From positions 1 to 28,562 of the forward strand of contig JACMKL010000106.1 of NCBI GenBank assembly GCA_014380105.1: a DNA stretch of 28,562 nt. Direction: 5' to 3'. The position numbers and the translations under genes are program-made. Positions 8,394 to 17,273 of this stretch are shown one piece after another; the first letter of the stretch is position 1, and every line of letters starts with the position of its first letter. Under the pieces are notes generated by a model. The model saw only the letters and a program-made list of their open reading frames with translations. It did not search any database and was not told the DNA's origin. This DNA is from Candidatus Melainabacteria bacterium. Lineage in GTDB: Bacteria; Cyanobacteriota; Vampirovibrionia; Obscuribacterales; Obscuribacteraceae.

Positions 8394-9341
8394 TCAAGCT
8401 CTCGAGAGCAGTTTGCTATTCAAGATTGACTTATAGTCGAACACATCTAGATACTGGAATGTGTAAGCTGCAATCGCTTCTTTTTCTTCTTTGGAAAGCT
8501 CATTAGCTGTGGCAATATTGGCTTCCGGTGTAGCTTTTCGAATTGTGCCCCAGGGATAGATTTCTTCCAATTGAGAGCCATTCCATGTTGGAGTTTTCAG
8601 AGTATCTGATGATTCTAATCCCATTTTTTCGAGTACTTGACCGAGCGCCTTTTTGGAGTCGGACATTACGTCTTCAGCTCTTACAATGTGCATTCTGTCT
8701 GGATATTTTTCCTTAAACATCAAAGCATGATACTGATTGAGGGTCCAACCGAGCATGTAGTGATTCAACGAAAGCGGCACGGGGCGCTTCTTCGTATCAG
8801 CGTATGCGGACCAGGGGTTTCTCACTATGTGCAAAACATGGGAGGTCGGCAGGTCGTTCAAAATCTTATCGGAGTCAACGCCAATGATGGGGCTGTAGCC
8901 CACGTGCACGCATTCTTCGCCCGAGCGTTTGAAGTTTTTCCAAGCCTCAAAAGTTGCTTTGTAAAATGCGGCCATGTTGTTTGCGCGCGAACGCCCAGTT
9001 TTCAAAACATGCTCAACGTAGTGCTTCATGCGATCTTCGTCCGAAAAATCAAATTCCATATGTCTGAATTTGCTGACTTTCGGAGTGAGGGCGCGCACTT
9101 TGCATTCTTCGTCAATAATTGCCTTGTAGTCTTCCTGCGGTGTCGCTTCCAGGGAGAAAACCGGCCATCTGTACTTGACGGGAAACATCGACGAAAGGTG
9201 ATCGTTGACCAGGCGTGTTCCTGGCTGCGATTCAAATGGATAGACAAACAATTGCGGATGGCCGTCTAAAAAACGATGCGTCGTATTGCCACCATTTTCG
9301 TACATGGCACCAAGCATCAGTAAACGGAATTCGCCGCTCAT
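8394..9341 (-). CDS. Sulfotransferase-fold protein with non-canonical PAPS motifs
   Basis: LMLGAMYENGGNTTHRFLDGHPQL..PFE, VLHIVRNPWSAYAD and IVRAEDVMSD.K..L..V...MGL occur in Sulfotransfer_3 order and spacing. ATGA overlap with the upstream gene. Confidence 0.75.
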   Translation of the reverse strand: MSGEFRLLMLGAMYENGGNTTHRFLDGHPQLFVYPFESQPGTRLVNDHLSSMFPVKYRWPVFSLEATPQEDYKAIIDEECKVRALTPKVSKFRHMEFDFSDEDRMKHYVEHVLKTGRSRANNMAAFYKATFEAWKNFKRSGEECVHVGYSPIIGVDSDKILNDLPTSHVLHIVRNPWSAYADTKKRPVPLSLNHYMLGWTLNQYHALMFKEKYPDRMHIVRAEDVMSDSKKALGQVLEKMGLESSDTLKTPTWNGSQLEEIYPWGTIRKATPEANIATANELSKEEKEAIAAYTFQYLDVFDYKSILNSKLLSRA

Positions 9342-10642
9342 TTTTTCTTACCCCTCGTTAATAGACTAGAAGATTTACCAGAATTCGCATCAGTTGTCGA
9401 TTGAAGACGCTTCATACTTGGCTTCCCGGCGCTTAAATCGGTCTCAAATGCGTAGAAGACAAGGTTTTCATTTTTCAAGTCACGTTTCAAAGAGAAGGGC
9501 AATCCGCCGGACATCACAACTGGCATGCTTTCGACCGCAAAAATCTGATTTCCGGACGCCCAGGTGATACTGCCAAGAATACGACCGCTTTTGACATCGA
9601 CCGCATGAACGCCACAGACACTTTTCGACACATCCAGACCAGGAGCATATTGAGAGAAACGCGGAATCACGCGTGAAGTACCAATAAAGGCCACATCACC
9701 AGCAAAACACAAACCGCGCGTCCAGCCCGGCAGTTTCGCAGCGATGCTGCTCTTACCGTCTTTAATCTCACATAACTCGCCATATCCGGAGTTGTCTACA
9801 AACAATCGTTTGCCATAGAAGCGAGCTGAATGCGGTCGTGTCAGTCCTCTAACTATTGGCTCTCTGGTTTTGCCACTGAAAATTACTCCTCGACCGTCAA
9901 CTTGATAATTCGGCTCGCCTGGTCTACTTGTCGAAACAACAGCGGAAGATGCGGAGAAGTACGAATCTGCCAGAGTTTTTCCGGCAGCAATAGAATTCAT
10001 CTGGATATGGTTTTGCTCGAAAATTGGCTTGTGCTTATCTTCAATACATTTTGGCCACCAGACTCTTTCAAAGCCTTTTTCAAAATCTAGAGTAACGATG
10101 GCATTGTGTCCGACAGCATTGCCATGTAGATGACCGTCAATAAGGGCCAGGTCATGCATATAGATGCAGCCAGGCAAATAAAGTGAGCGAGTTACAACTA
10201 AATTCTTTTCGACACTCTCTGGCAGTTCTACATCTAGTCTATTCAATAGACCAGCCACCGGTCGCAATTCGAGCAGCTGATTTGGATTTCTGGTGCTTGC
10301 TACAAAAACCTTCTGATTCTGTACATCAACCGCCACCCCAGATGGATGGGGCAACGGCAAATAAGTGATGGACGGTTTTCCGGCGCTTTGACTCAGAGAA
10401 AGCAGCAAATGCTCGTATTCGCGACTGACTATTAGAGCAATTTTTTGACGTTCTAAAATATCGAAAAATGCGCCTGTCACCTTGTATTTAAGCAAAGTCG
10501 GGTCAGTGGATTCTGCATCTTTCCACATACTAGATACTTGAGCAGCGTCGCGCCACTCAGCGTTATGTCGCGCCCACAGCGCATTGAGTGCTTTACTCTG
10601 CTGATTTTTCTTAGGCTTTATTTTTTTTACAGCCGGTGGCAT
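9338..10642 (-). CDS. TIGR03032 / DUF4915 family beta-propeller protein
   Basis: MHDLAL, QMNSIA, GLTRPHSARF, DNSGYGEL, LPGWTRGL..GDVAFIGTSR, IFAV motifs; no signal peptide seen. Confidence 0.82.
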   Translation of the reverse strand: MPPAVKKIKPKKNQQSKALNALWARHNAEWRDAAQVSSMWKDAESTDPTLLKYKVTGAFFDILERQKIALIVSREYEHLLLSLSQSAGKPSITYLPLPHPSGVAVDVQNQKVFVASTRNPNQLLELRPVAGLLNRLDVELPESVEKNLVVTRSLYLPGCIYMHDLALIDGHLHGNAVGHNAIVTLDFEKGFERVWWPKCIEDKHKPIFEQNHIQMNSIAAGKTLADSYFSASSAVVSTSRPGEPNYQVDGRGVIFSGKTREPIVRGLTRPHSARFYGKRLFVDNSGYGELCEIKDGKSSIAAKLPGWTRGLCFAGDVAFIGTSRVIPRFSQYAPGLDVSKSVCGVHAVDVKSGRILGSITWASGNQIFAVESMPVVMSGGLPFSLKRDLKNENLVFYAFETDLSAGKPSMKRLQSTTDANSGKSSSLLTRGKKK

Positions 10643-11341
10643 TCAGTTTTTTGCCTCGCGCCACAGTTCATAAGCGCCCCAGTACATGCGAAAAGCAGAG
10701 CCATAATTGGTTGTGGATTTACCACCATGCCGTTTTGTTGAAAGGACGGGCACTTCAATAACAGGATAGTTTTCTCTTCGGCAAATCCAGTTAAACTCAG
10801 CATCTATGAGATCATCGTCGCGCGTGAGCTGCATCAGTTTTTCAAATTTTCTTGGAAAAACTTTTGGGGTGCCATTGATGTCCCAGGTTGGCAGGTCAAA
10901 GAAGGCCCTGCATTCCAGGTTATAGATCAGTGAGCCTAGCCGGCGGCGCCAATTATCTCGTATCTTGCGATTTGCTTTAATGACCACTTGTGGAAAAGCG
11001 ACTGCGTATAAAATATGTAAAACAAGATGCTCTGGGCTTGTGCGAGCGGAATTCGTGTAGCAGATCAAGTCACCGGTTGCTTGCTTCAATCCCAGGCGAA
11101 CTGCTAAACCCCAGCCACCCTGGGGGCTGTCGAGCGTTTTTATATAAGAAAACTTTTGCGCCAGAGCCTGACAGACGGAAGGAGAATTATCGCGACAGCC
11201 ATTGGTGACCAAAATTATTTCAAGATTTGATTGAACTTTTTCGAGCGCATTTACGTATTCACTAATAATGGGCTCGATATGATCTGCCTGATTGCACACA
11301 GGCAGAATTATCGAAATCAAATTGTCTCTGCTATTTGCCAC
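10643..11341 (-). CDS. GT2 glycosyltransferase (polyprenyl-phosphate sugar synthase-like)
   Basis: ISIILPVCNQ, EIILVTNGCRDNS, GWGLAVRLG...ATGDLI, DINGTPKVF, YPVIEVPV...RHGGKS. 232 aa with no TM helix; canonical DxD absent. Confidence 0.85.
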   Translation of the reverse strand: MANSRDNLISIILPVCNQADHIEPIISEYVNALEKVQSNLEIILVTNGCRDNSPSVCQALAQKFSYIKTLDSPQGGWGLAVRLGLKQATGDLICYTNSARTSPEHLVLHILYAVAFPQVVIKANRKIRDNWRRRLGSLIYNLECRAFFDLPTWDINGTPKVFPRKFEKLMQLTRDDDLIDAEFNWICRRENYPVIEVPVLSTKRHGGKSTTNYGSAFRMYWGAYELWREAKN

Positions 11342-11459
11342 TATTCACGCCGCCTGCAAATAAGAGATTTTTGCAGCTAATGACCGTATTGTGCGAGTTC
11401 CTGGGGTTAGAAATTACTCCACTAACTCAAGCACCCCCTCTTTGCATCGTCGCGATGCT

Positions 11460-11465
11460 TATAAT
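11460..11465 (+). promoter_or_regulatory. Candidate sigma70 -10 box for sbcD
   Basis: Perfect TATAAT 26 nt upstream of the sbcD ATG; no correctly spaced -35 seen. Confidence 0.35.
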
Positions 11466-11491
11466 GCATGGTGTGACAACAATGGAAATAT

Positions 11492-12793
11492 ATGGCGCCA
11501 CAGATAATTCACGTCTCTGATATTCACTTCGGCTCCGGCGAGTCTCATGGTCGTGTGAATCCCATTACCGGATTGAACATACGCTTTGAAGATTTTGTCG
11601 GTGCGCTAGCCAAGGTTGTCGATTATTCAATTGAACACAAGATAGACGTCTTTCTGTTTTCAGGCGACGCTTACCGTAATGCATCACCTGAACCTGTCTA
11701 TCAAAAGATGTTTGCAAGGCAGCTCAAACGCCTTTCAGACGCTGATATCAAGACGATACTGGTGGTTGGCAATCACGACCAGATTTTGCGCTCTACGACC
11801 AGCCACGCGCTCTCGGTTTTCCAGAGTCTGGAAGTCCCGGGGGTATTGACGGTTGATGCGCCCGTTTTTCAAAGACTCGAAACCAAAAGCGGTCCGATTC
11901 AACTAATCGGTATTCCGCACTTGACCAAACATCAATTGATGACCCTGGACAAATATGCTGACAAGACCGCCAAGGAGCTCGATCGCATCCTTGTAGACCA
12001 TACGCGCCTACTGCTGGCAGGTTATTACGAAGAATTAGATCCTGAAATTCCTACGGTCGTCACTGCGCACATGACTGTCGACATAGCCACCGCCGGAATA
12101 GAAGAAGAGTTATTGATCGGCTACACCCAGACTTTTCCAACTGACATTTTTATTCACAAAAATATCGACTATGTAGCTCTTGGTCATGTGCATAAATTTC
12201 AGACTATCCGAGAAAGTTCGCCTTGCATTGTCTATTCAGGCAGCCTGGAGCGGGTAGATTTCGGCGAAGAAAGCCAGGACAAAGGCTTTGTGCACGTCAT
12301 TTTAGAACGCAACAAAACCACCTGGAAATTTGTATCTATCAAACCCAGACCATTTATCACTATTGAGGCTGATGTTACCGGATCAGAAGATCCAACCGCG
12401 CATCTAGTCAAAAAAATACAAGCCGGTGTAGAGCCAGGCTGCGTTTTGAGAGTCAGATACAAAGTCGACCAGACACAATTGCCGGATATTCGCGAAGATC
12501 TTCTGCGCAAAGCGGCTAGCGCCGCTCTATCGTCACGCTTTCTGCCTGAAATTATCGTCACTCACTCGCGCGCACGATTGCCGCAACTCAACGAAAGTAT
12601 TGTGTCATCACCAATGGTGGCACTTGATACTTATCTCGAAGAAGTAGCGCCCGAGCGCAAAGAGCGCCTGATGACCAAAGCGCGCGATATTATGAACGAA
12701 ATTTCGCTCGAGCTCACAGAAGAAAACGGCGCCGCCAAAGGGCAGAGAAGAAGAGCTAACGTCGAATCTAATGAAGAAGTGGTCGAAATTTAG
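11492..12793 (+). CDS. sbcD: SbcD/Mre11-family nuclease subunit
   Basis: HVSDIHFG, FSGDAY, VGNHD, AHMTV, LGHVH, YSGSLERVDFGEE metallophosphoesterase motifs plus C-terminal domain. Confidence 0.93.
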   Translation: MAPQIIHVSDIHFGSGESHGRVNPITGLNIRFEDFVGALAKVVDYSIEHKIDVFLFSGDAYRNASPEPVYQKMFARQLKRLSDADIKTILVVGNHDQILRSTTSHALSVFQSLEVPGVLTVDAPVFQRLETKSGPIQLIGIPHLTKHQLMTLDKYADKTAKELDRILVDHTRLLLAGYYEELDPEIPTVVTAHMTVDIATAGIEEELLIGYTQTFPTDIFIHKNIDYVALGHVHKFQTIRESSPCIVYSGSLERVDFGEESQDKGFVHVILERNKTTWKFVSIKPRPFITIEADVTGSEDPTAHLVKKIQAGVEPGCVLRVRYKVDQTQLPDIREDLLRKAASAALSSRFLPEIIVTHSRARLPQLNESIVSSPMVALDTYLEEVAPERKERLMTKARDIMNEISLELTEENGAAKGQRRRANVESNEEVVEI

Positions 12794-12794
12794 T

Positions 12795-15560
12795 CTACTT
12801 TCGAACTCGATTTTTAACCAACAAAATTCCTGCCGTTATGACTCCCAGAATCCAGAGCAGAAGAGAAATCAGAAAACTGTTTGGTTGATAAGTAAAGGCG
12901 ACGTGATGAATGCCTTTAGGAACAGCTACTGCACGAAACAAGTAATTGGCGAGCACAATTTCAGTATCTTTACCGTCAACGCGAGCGCTCCAGCCCGGAA
13001 AAAACGTATCTGTCAAAACAAGCATCGCATCAGCCGGACTATCTACATCCATTTCAATACAATTAGGCTCGTTGACTCCCAGCGTCACAGCCTTCCCACG
13101 CTCAACACTAACCAATGGCGACAATTCTTGCTGTTTCTTCCCACTCTCAAGTACAACCGTAGTTAATCCATCGAAGCCATCGGCAGACACCATATTCAGT
13201 GCCACGCTCTCGTCTCTTGCAAAAACCGAATTGAACATTAGATATGCTCGCCCCAGTGTGCGAGTATTTTCATAGACTCGAACATGTTGACGTCCAGACT
13301 CGCTAACCAGCCTGTAGTGGGAATTCACAGACTTCGTATCAGGTGACGCAAAAACAAAATCTTTCAAACAAATTATGTGCTCAGACATTTTTAGTCCGCT
13401 ACCAGAAACTGGCTTGATGAATTTCATTTTTTCGCTGTCAAAGACCTGAATGCCGACCGTAAATTTGTCACCCGCCTTCAAGGTGAGCGGAACAAGTCCT
13501 GGCATACCAACTGGCACTTCGAAGTTAACAACCTTTTTGCCGGTCGGACAACAGCCAATTAAGCCGCCATACCAGAGAGTATTGCCCGCCTGGTCCAGCA
13601 TCACGACCGAAAATACAAAGCGTTTTCTGGAATCAGCTGCAACACCAAATTTAATTGTGCCCGCAGTCTCGGCCTTACCAATGTCGTATCCGAGTGAAGC
13701 CCTCTCCAAGGTCAATTGCTCGGTCGATTCGAAGTGAATAGGTTCGGAGCCCATTTCGCATGCCTGCTCTGGGAGATTTGGATCACCGACACCTGAGACT
13801 GGTGCCAATGACAAAATGTATTTCACGCCGGCGAAATCAATCATTGGTGAGAGCGGCGTGCGATCAACGAGTGTGTTGAAAGTGTTGCGCTTAGCGCCTA
13901 GCTCCTTCATGAAAGCCTTGTATCTAGACGGCGTCATCACATTGTGAGAACCCACGCTCGGAATTTGAAAAACAAGATTTGTATTTGGACTGAGAACATC
14001 AAATCCAACTGCTAGCGCGCGCTCCTTACGGTCATGGAGGAAAGGCAGTGGCTCCTCATAGTCAAAATTGAACTTTGATTGAATCGGCAGTGAGAGCCGC
14101 CCAATTTGCGCCTGACTTACGAAACTCGCAGCCAAAATGAAAGCTATTAAAATTGGAGTTGCAATTTTTTGTTTGAAGAAAATAAAAATTGTCAGAGCCA
14201 AAGCGAGACCCACTGTCACAAACCAGAGACGTGGCGCAAACGCCATCGGGGCAACACCATTGTCAAAACTTCCAGATTTAAAATCGTAATGCAGAAGTTC
14301 CAGCGCAGGTGGGAGGAAACATGTGACTAAAAGAGCCACTACAAATAGCAGAGTAAATTTATTTTTCTGAAATGCAAAAGTTTCGACGAGATATGCGAAG
14401 CCAAATCCTGAGCCGATCAAAATAAATAGAATAAAAATTGGTATACAGTACGTCCCTGGCACATACGTGAGAGGAGACAGGTTGAGGACATCATTTAGAA
14501 AACCAGGGCGACTGACAAAAAGAAAAGCCAATATTCCTGAGATAGCCACAGGCAAATAGTAAAGACTATTTTTTCTGGCGAAAAATGCCAGAAGAAGGAA
14601 GGGGACGCCAAACACACCTGTGTACGGCGAGGCGCCAAGATAATTGGCCTGCACCAGATTTAGTACCAGAGCCTGCCAGGGCGCAACTGCGTTTTTGTCG
14701 GTTGCAAATTTATAGCAATCGGCATGAGAAAAGAACTCGCAAAAGGGCAGAATGACTGGCGCAGCAAAGCATAAAGCCAGACCGGCCACCACTGCTATCC
14801 ATTTGAAACCAGTGACGGTATTTTTAAATTTCGAACCTTTTTTTTGAGTAAAGGCGAAAATCAGGAGGCTAAACAGTGTCGCAAAGGTGATGCCAATAAA
14901 CGATGACTCCGGATGTCCTGTGCCTATAAAAATTGCACAGGAAGCAGCTGACAGCAATGCTCGCGTGATGGACGGCTTGTTGGCGAGTCTGGCAAAATTC
15001 CAGAAAATTAGCGGATACAGCGCCGAAGATGTTCCTGACAGAAGCTCCAGATAATACATATTGTAGGGACAAAACGCGTAGCCTAGAGCCACATACGCAG
15101 CGACATAACGTGGCAGTTTTATTTCACGCGCAAACAAATAACACCCGGCTGCCGCTATCATCAATTCGAAAACGAGCAAAATATTGTAGAAATGCAGTGA
15201 CGGATTGATAGCAAATAGAATTCTAAGTGGGGAGAAAACCGCTGCCTGAATATCACCCAACAACGGAACACCCCAGCCCGTGTAGGGGTTCCAGAGCGGC
15301 AATTGAAAGCTTCTCCAGTAATTTGCAACAAGATGGTAGTAAGGCATTAGGAGCAAAAACACAGACTCGTCAAAGCCACTCGCGCCGAGTGTAAAGTATT
15401 TTCTAAATAAAACATCGCGCTTGGCGAGCAAGAAAATGCGTGAGATTGGCTCAGCCAGGAAAACAGTTTTCCAAAATACAGCCACAATTAGAGCAGTAAT
15501 AAATGACACCGCTAGGGCGTCTTGCTTCTTATCTGTGAGTTTTTGCCAGCCGGAAAGCAA
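12795..15560 (-). CDS. YfhO-family GT-C membrane glycosyltransferase
   Basis: PLWNPYTGWGVPLLGDIQAAVFSPL, about 12 TM helices, and C-terminal LVLTDTFFPGWSARVDGK..I..ANYLFRAVAVPKGIHHVAFTYQP plus a final TM helix. Confidence 0.87.
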   Translation of the reverse strand: MLSGWQKLTDKKQDALAVSFITALIVAVFWKTVFLAEPISRIFLLAKRDVLFRKYFTLGASGFDESVFLLLMPYYHLVANYWRSFQLPLWNPYTGWGVPLLGDIQAAVFSPLRILFAINPSLHFYNILLVFELMIAAAGCYLFAREIKLPRYVAAYVALGYAFCPYNMYYLELLSGTSSALYPLIFWNFARLANKPSITRALLSAASCAIFIGTGHPESSFIGITFATLFSLLIFAFTQKKGSKFKNTVTGFKWIAVVAGLALCFAAPVILPFCEFFSHADCYKFATDKNAVAPWQALVLNLVQANYLGASPYTGVFGVPFLLLAFFARKNSLYYLPVAISGILAFLFVSRPGFLNDVLNLSPLTYVPGTYCIPIFILFILIGSGFGFAYLVETFAFQKNKFTLLFVVALLVTCFLPPALELLHYDFKSGSFDNGVAPMAFAPRLWFVTVGLALALTIFIFFKQKIATPILIAFILAASFVSQAQIGRLSLPIQSKFNFDYEEPLPFLHDRKERALAVGFDVLSPNTNLVFQIPSVGSHNVMTPSRYKAFMKELGAKRNTFNTLVDRTPLSPMIDFAGVKYILSLAPVSGVGDPNLPEQACEMGSEPIHFESTEQLTLERASLGYDIGKAETAGTIKFGVAADSRKRFVFSVVMLDQAGNTLWYGGLIGCCPTGKKVVNFEVPVGMPGLVPLTLKAGDKFTVGIQVFDSEKMKFIKPVSGSGLKMSEHIICLKDFVFASPDTKSVNSHYRLVSESGRQHVRVYENTRTLGRAYLMFNSVFARDESVALNMVSADGFDGLTTVVLESGKKQQELSPLVSVERGKAVTLGVNEPNCIEMDVDSPADAMLVLTDTFFPGWSARVDGKDTEIVLANYLFRAVAVPKGIHHVAFTYQPNSFLISLLLWILGVITAGILLVKNRVRK

Positions 15561-15572
15561 TAATTTACACCA

Positions 15573-17273
15573 TCAATTCTTTTGGCGATACAAGAGAATT
15601 TCACTGCCGTCGGGCACTTTTCGACGAGCAATCTCTTCGAATTTGCCACTATTTTGGACAAAATTCAGTAGTCCTTCGTTGGCAATGCGCGACTCCTCAT
15701 TTAGAAGTTTGTGCCCTGAATCACCAGTTTTCAGAAGATACCAGTGGTAGTACAACGCTGACGCTTTGCTGAAAGTGACCGTATCACCAAGCACTGTCCA
15801 GGTGCGCGAGCTGGTCGGCTTGATCAAACTGCCGGTTGCTTTGGCAATCAAGCTAAAGGTGTGGGGATTATATTCAACGTGATTTGCCATCACATTGAGC
15901 CAGAGTGGCGCTTTATGATCGCGTTTTTCAATGCTCTCCAAAACCCACGCTTGTCCCCAGTCTTGAAATGCTACTGGAGTCGATTTACCGCGCGTTTCTA
16001 CACCCATACTTGACGCTTTTGCGCCGAGCCAATCGGACAAGCCGACCATGAAAGTCGGCTGCGCAAAAGGATAAGGGAAAAAACAAAGTGAAAAATACTG
16101 CAAGACAGCTACTACAGAAACGATCACCAGGACAATTTTGCCAGGCAAGAACTTCCAATTTATGACCCGACTGAAAGCCCACCCTGTGTAGACCGCCGGA
16201 GCAATTAGAGCGCTTGCGGCATAGCGGTGATGCGGGAATTGCCACGGCAGGAGACTGATCATCACAATGCCTAAAACAGCGCTCAAGGTGACCGGTAAAA
16301 AGCGAATATGCGCTTTCTTTCCGCTGATTGCCGCACCAATCACAAAGAGGGCCATCATGAGCGGCGTCACTACATCTGGAAAAACAAACGAATAATAGCG
16401 AATGCCGCGCTGCAACGCCTGCGGAACCGAGATGGCGCCAACGGTCGAAGTAATTACCTTTTTGTTGGTTTCGGCAAATTCAGAAATAAATCCGTAGCTT
16501 GCCACTGCCCATGGCACCATCAGGATAACCGCGATCAATGCCATCGTGACAAGCTGCGCAATGCGCGTCTTTCCGCCCGATTTCAGATCCGAAAAACAGC
16601 GGGCGAAATAGAAAAGCCCAGGACCAGCCAGGAAAGCGCCTGCGACTTGCTTTGTCATTAGAATCAAGGCGAGTGCAAAACCCGTTAAAATCGCCCGTTT
16701 CCAGGTCGGCTTTTCATTCCACCAGACCATGCAGAACAATCCCACCGAAATCATGCAAGCCACCTGAAAATCAAGCAGGAATGTATGACTGAGGAAAATC
16801 AGTTCAGCATAAAAATTGACGCAGACGGAAGCCACGATTGCAGCAGTTCTGCGACCAGTGAGAAGCAACGTAGTTCCATAAACAGAAAATGTGAGCGCAA
16901 AATCATAGAGAGCAAGAGAAAGCCAATCGACCCAGCGATCCGGCCCGAAAAATATCTTTAAGAAACCGTTGAAGGCGTAAACCGCAGGCGGATAAAAATT
17001 ATTGACGGTGAGAAGCTTGGTCCACCACCAGCCCTTGAAAGGGTGCGCATGACTGAGCAAATCGGAGTAGCTGAAAGCACACAAGATGTGCCCTGCTTCA
17101 TCCATCGAAGGTTGTCGATGATCGAGCGTATGCCAAATACACAGAATGAGAGCGAAAATCAGACTAACAATTGCACCATAGACGATCGATATACGCGAAA
17201 GCTTCGCTCCGGATACGGGCTCGTTTGAGCCAGCGGGCAAATCTTTAGCTGAAATTTCGACGGCAGAATCCAC
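15573..17273 (-). CDS. ArnT/PMT-like GT-C glycosyltransferase
   Basis: First-loop PSMDEAGH, YPPAVY, FLLDFQV, LMTKQ, HHRYA; multiple TM helices and a periplasmic C-terminal domain. GTG start. Confidence 0.83.
   Translation of the reverse strand: MDSAVEISAKDLPAGSNEPVSGAKLSRISIVYGAIVSLIFALILCIWHTLDHRQPSMDEAGHILCAFSYSDLLSHAHPFKGWWWTKLLTVNNFYPPAVYAFNGFLKIFFGPDRWVDWLSLALYDFALTFSVYGTTLLLTGRRTAAIVASVCVNFYAELIFLSHTFLLDFQVACMISVGLFCMVWWNEKPTWKRAILTGFALALILMTKQVAGAFLAGPGLFYFARCFSDLKSGGKTRIAQLVTMALIAVILMVPWAVASYGFISEFAETNKKVITSTVGAISVPQALQRGIRYYSFVFPDVVTPLMMALFVIGAAISGKKAHIRFLPVTLSAVLGIVMISLLPWQFPHHRYAASALIAPAVYTGWAFSRVINWKFLPGKIVLVIVSVVAVLQYFSLCFFPYPFAQPTFMVGLSDWLGAKASSMGVETRGKSTPVAFQDWGQAWVLESIEKRDHKAPLWLNVMANHVEYNPHTFSLIAKATGSLIKPTSSRTWTVLGDTVTFSKASALYYHWYLLKTGDSGHKLLNEESRIANEGLLNFVQNSGKFEEIARRKVPDGSEILLYRQKN

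Noticed and set aside
8637-9269. 210-aa antisense ORF inside the sulfotransferase-fold gene
   Set aside because: No recognisable motif or RBS; consistent with a shadow ORF. The same applies to 4199-4630, 19047-19577 and the other short overlapping ORFs.
10621-10628. A8 run near the start of TIGR03032 (and A7 near the start of wzt) as phase-variation tracts
   Set aside because: Both are short, arise from Lys codons and are in frame; read-level length variation would be needed.
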